In this document: positions 63,781-64,000 of the stretch, in pieces
Layout: each line of letters begins with the position of its first letter
Numbering within the stretch: position 1 is the stretch's first letter
Assembly (NCBI RefSeq): GCF_963921235.1
Contig: NC_086108.1
Span: forward strand, 110,486,001 to 110,550,000
Length of the DNA: 64,000 nucleotides
Source of the DNA: Mobula hypostoma
Taxonomy: Eukaryota
Direction: 5' to 3'
Program-made: the position numbers and the translations under genes
The notes under the pieces: model-generated
What the model was told of the DNA's origin: nothing
The model's input: the letters and a program-made list of their open reading frames with translations, nothing else
Database searches by the model: none

Positions 63781-64000
63781 ATGCTCCTCTTCTCCTCCCG
63801 CCTTTATTTATTTATTGAGATACAGCGAGGAATAGGCCCTTTGTTCCCTTTGAGCCGTGTTGCCCAGTGATCCCCCAATTTAACCCTAGCCGAATCACGT
63901 GACAATTTACAATGACCAGTTAACCAAGCACCCGGTATTTGACTGTGGAAGGAAACTGGAGCGCCCGGAGGAAACGTCCATGGCCATAGGGCAAACGTAC

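Noticed and set aside
1..64000. CRISPR arrays, rRNA genes or prokaryote-type operons
   Set aside because: No regularly spaced direct repeats, rRNA motifs or dense ORFs; this is eukaryotic intronic and intergenic DNA.

Overview
Repeat-dense vertebrate genomic DNA. The repeat set (CR1 and Rex1/Babar LINEs, V-SINEs, Penelope-like elements) suggests a cartilaginous fish, probably a ray; this is inference. One host gene is visible on the + strand, a SAMD1/SAMD13-family chromatin protein. Its first coding exon (13570-14027) lies in a CpG island (~11.6-15.1 kb) and encodes a SAMD1-type winged-helix (WH) domain. Two frame-compatible downstream exon candidates lie at 51898-52030 and 61835-61929, and the gene continues past the window end (no SAM domain seen). 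A second, ZNF143/THAP11-motif promoter with its own splice donor sits just downstream of the WH exon and predicts a WH-less isoform. The rest is mostly nested transposon debris: Gypsy elements and LTRs, CR1, Rex1/Babar, R4/Rex6, RTE-derived elements, Tigger, hAT, Tc1 and SINEs. About seven Penelope terminal repeats carry minimal type-I hammerhead ribozyme motifs. Repeat boundaries are approximate unless TSDs/TIRs are quoted, and family names come from motif recognition, not database searches.
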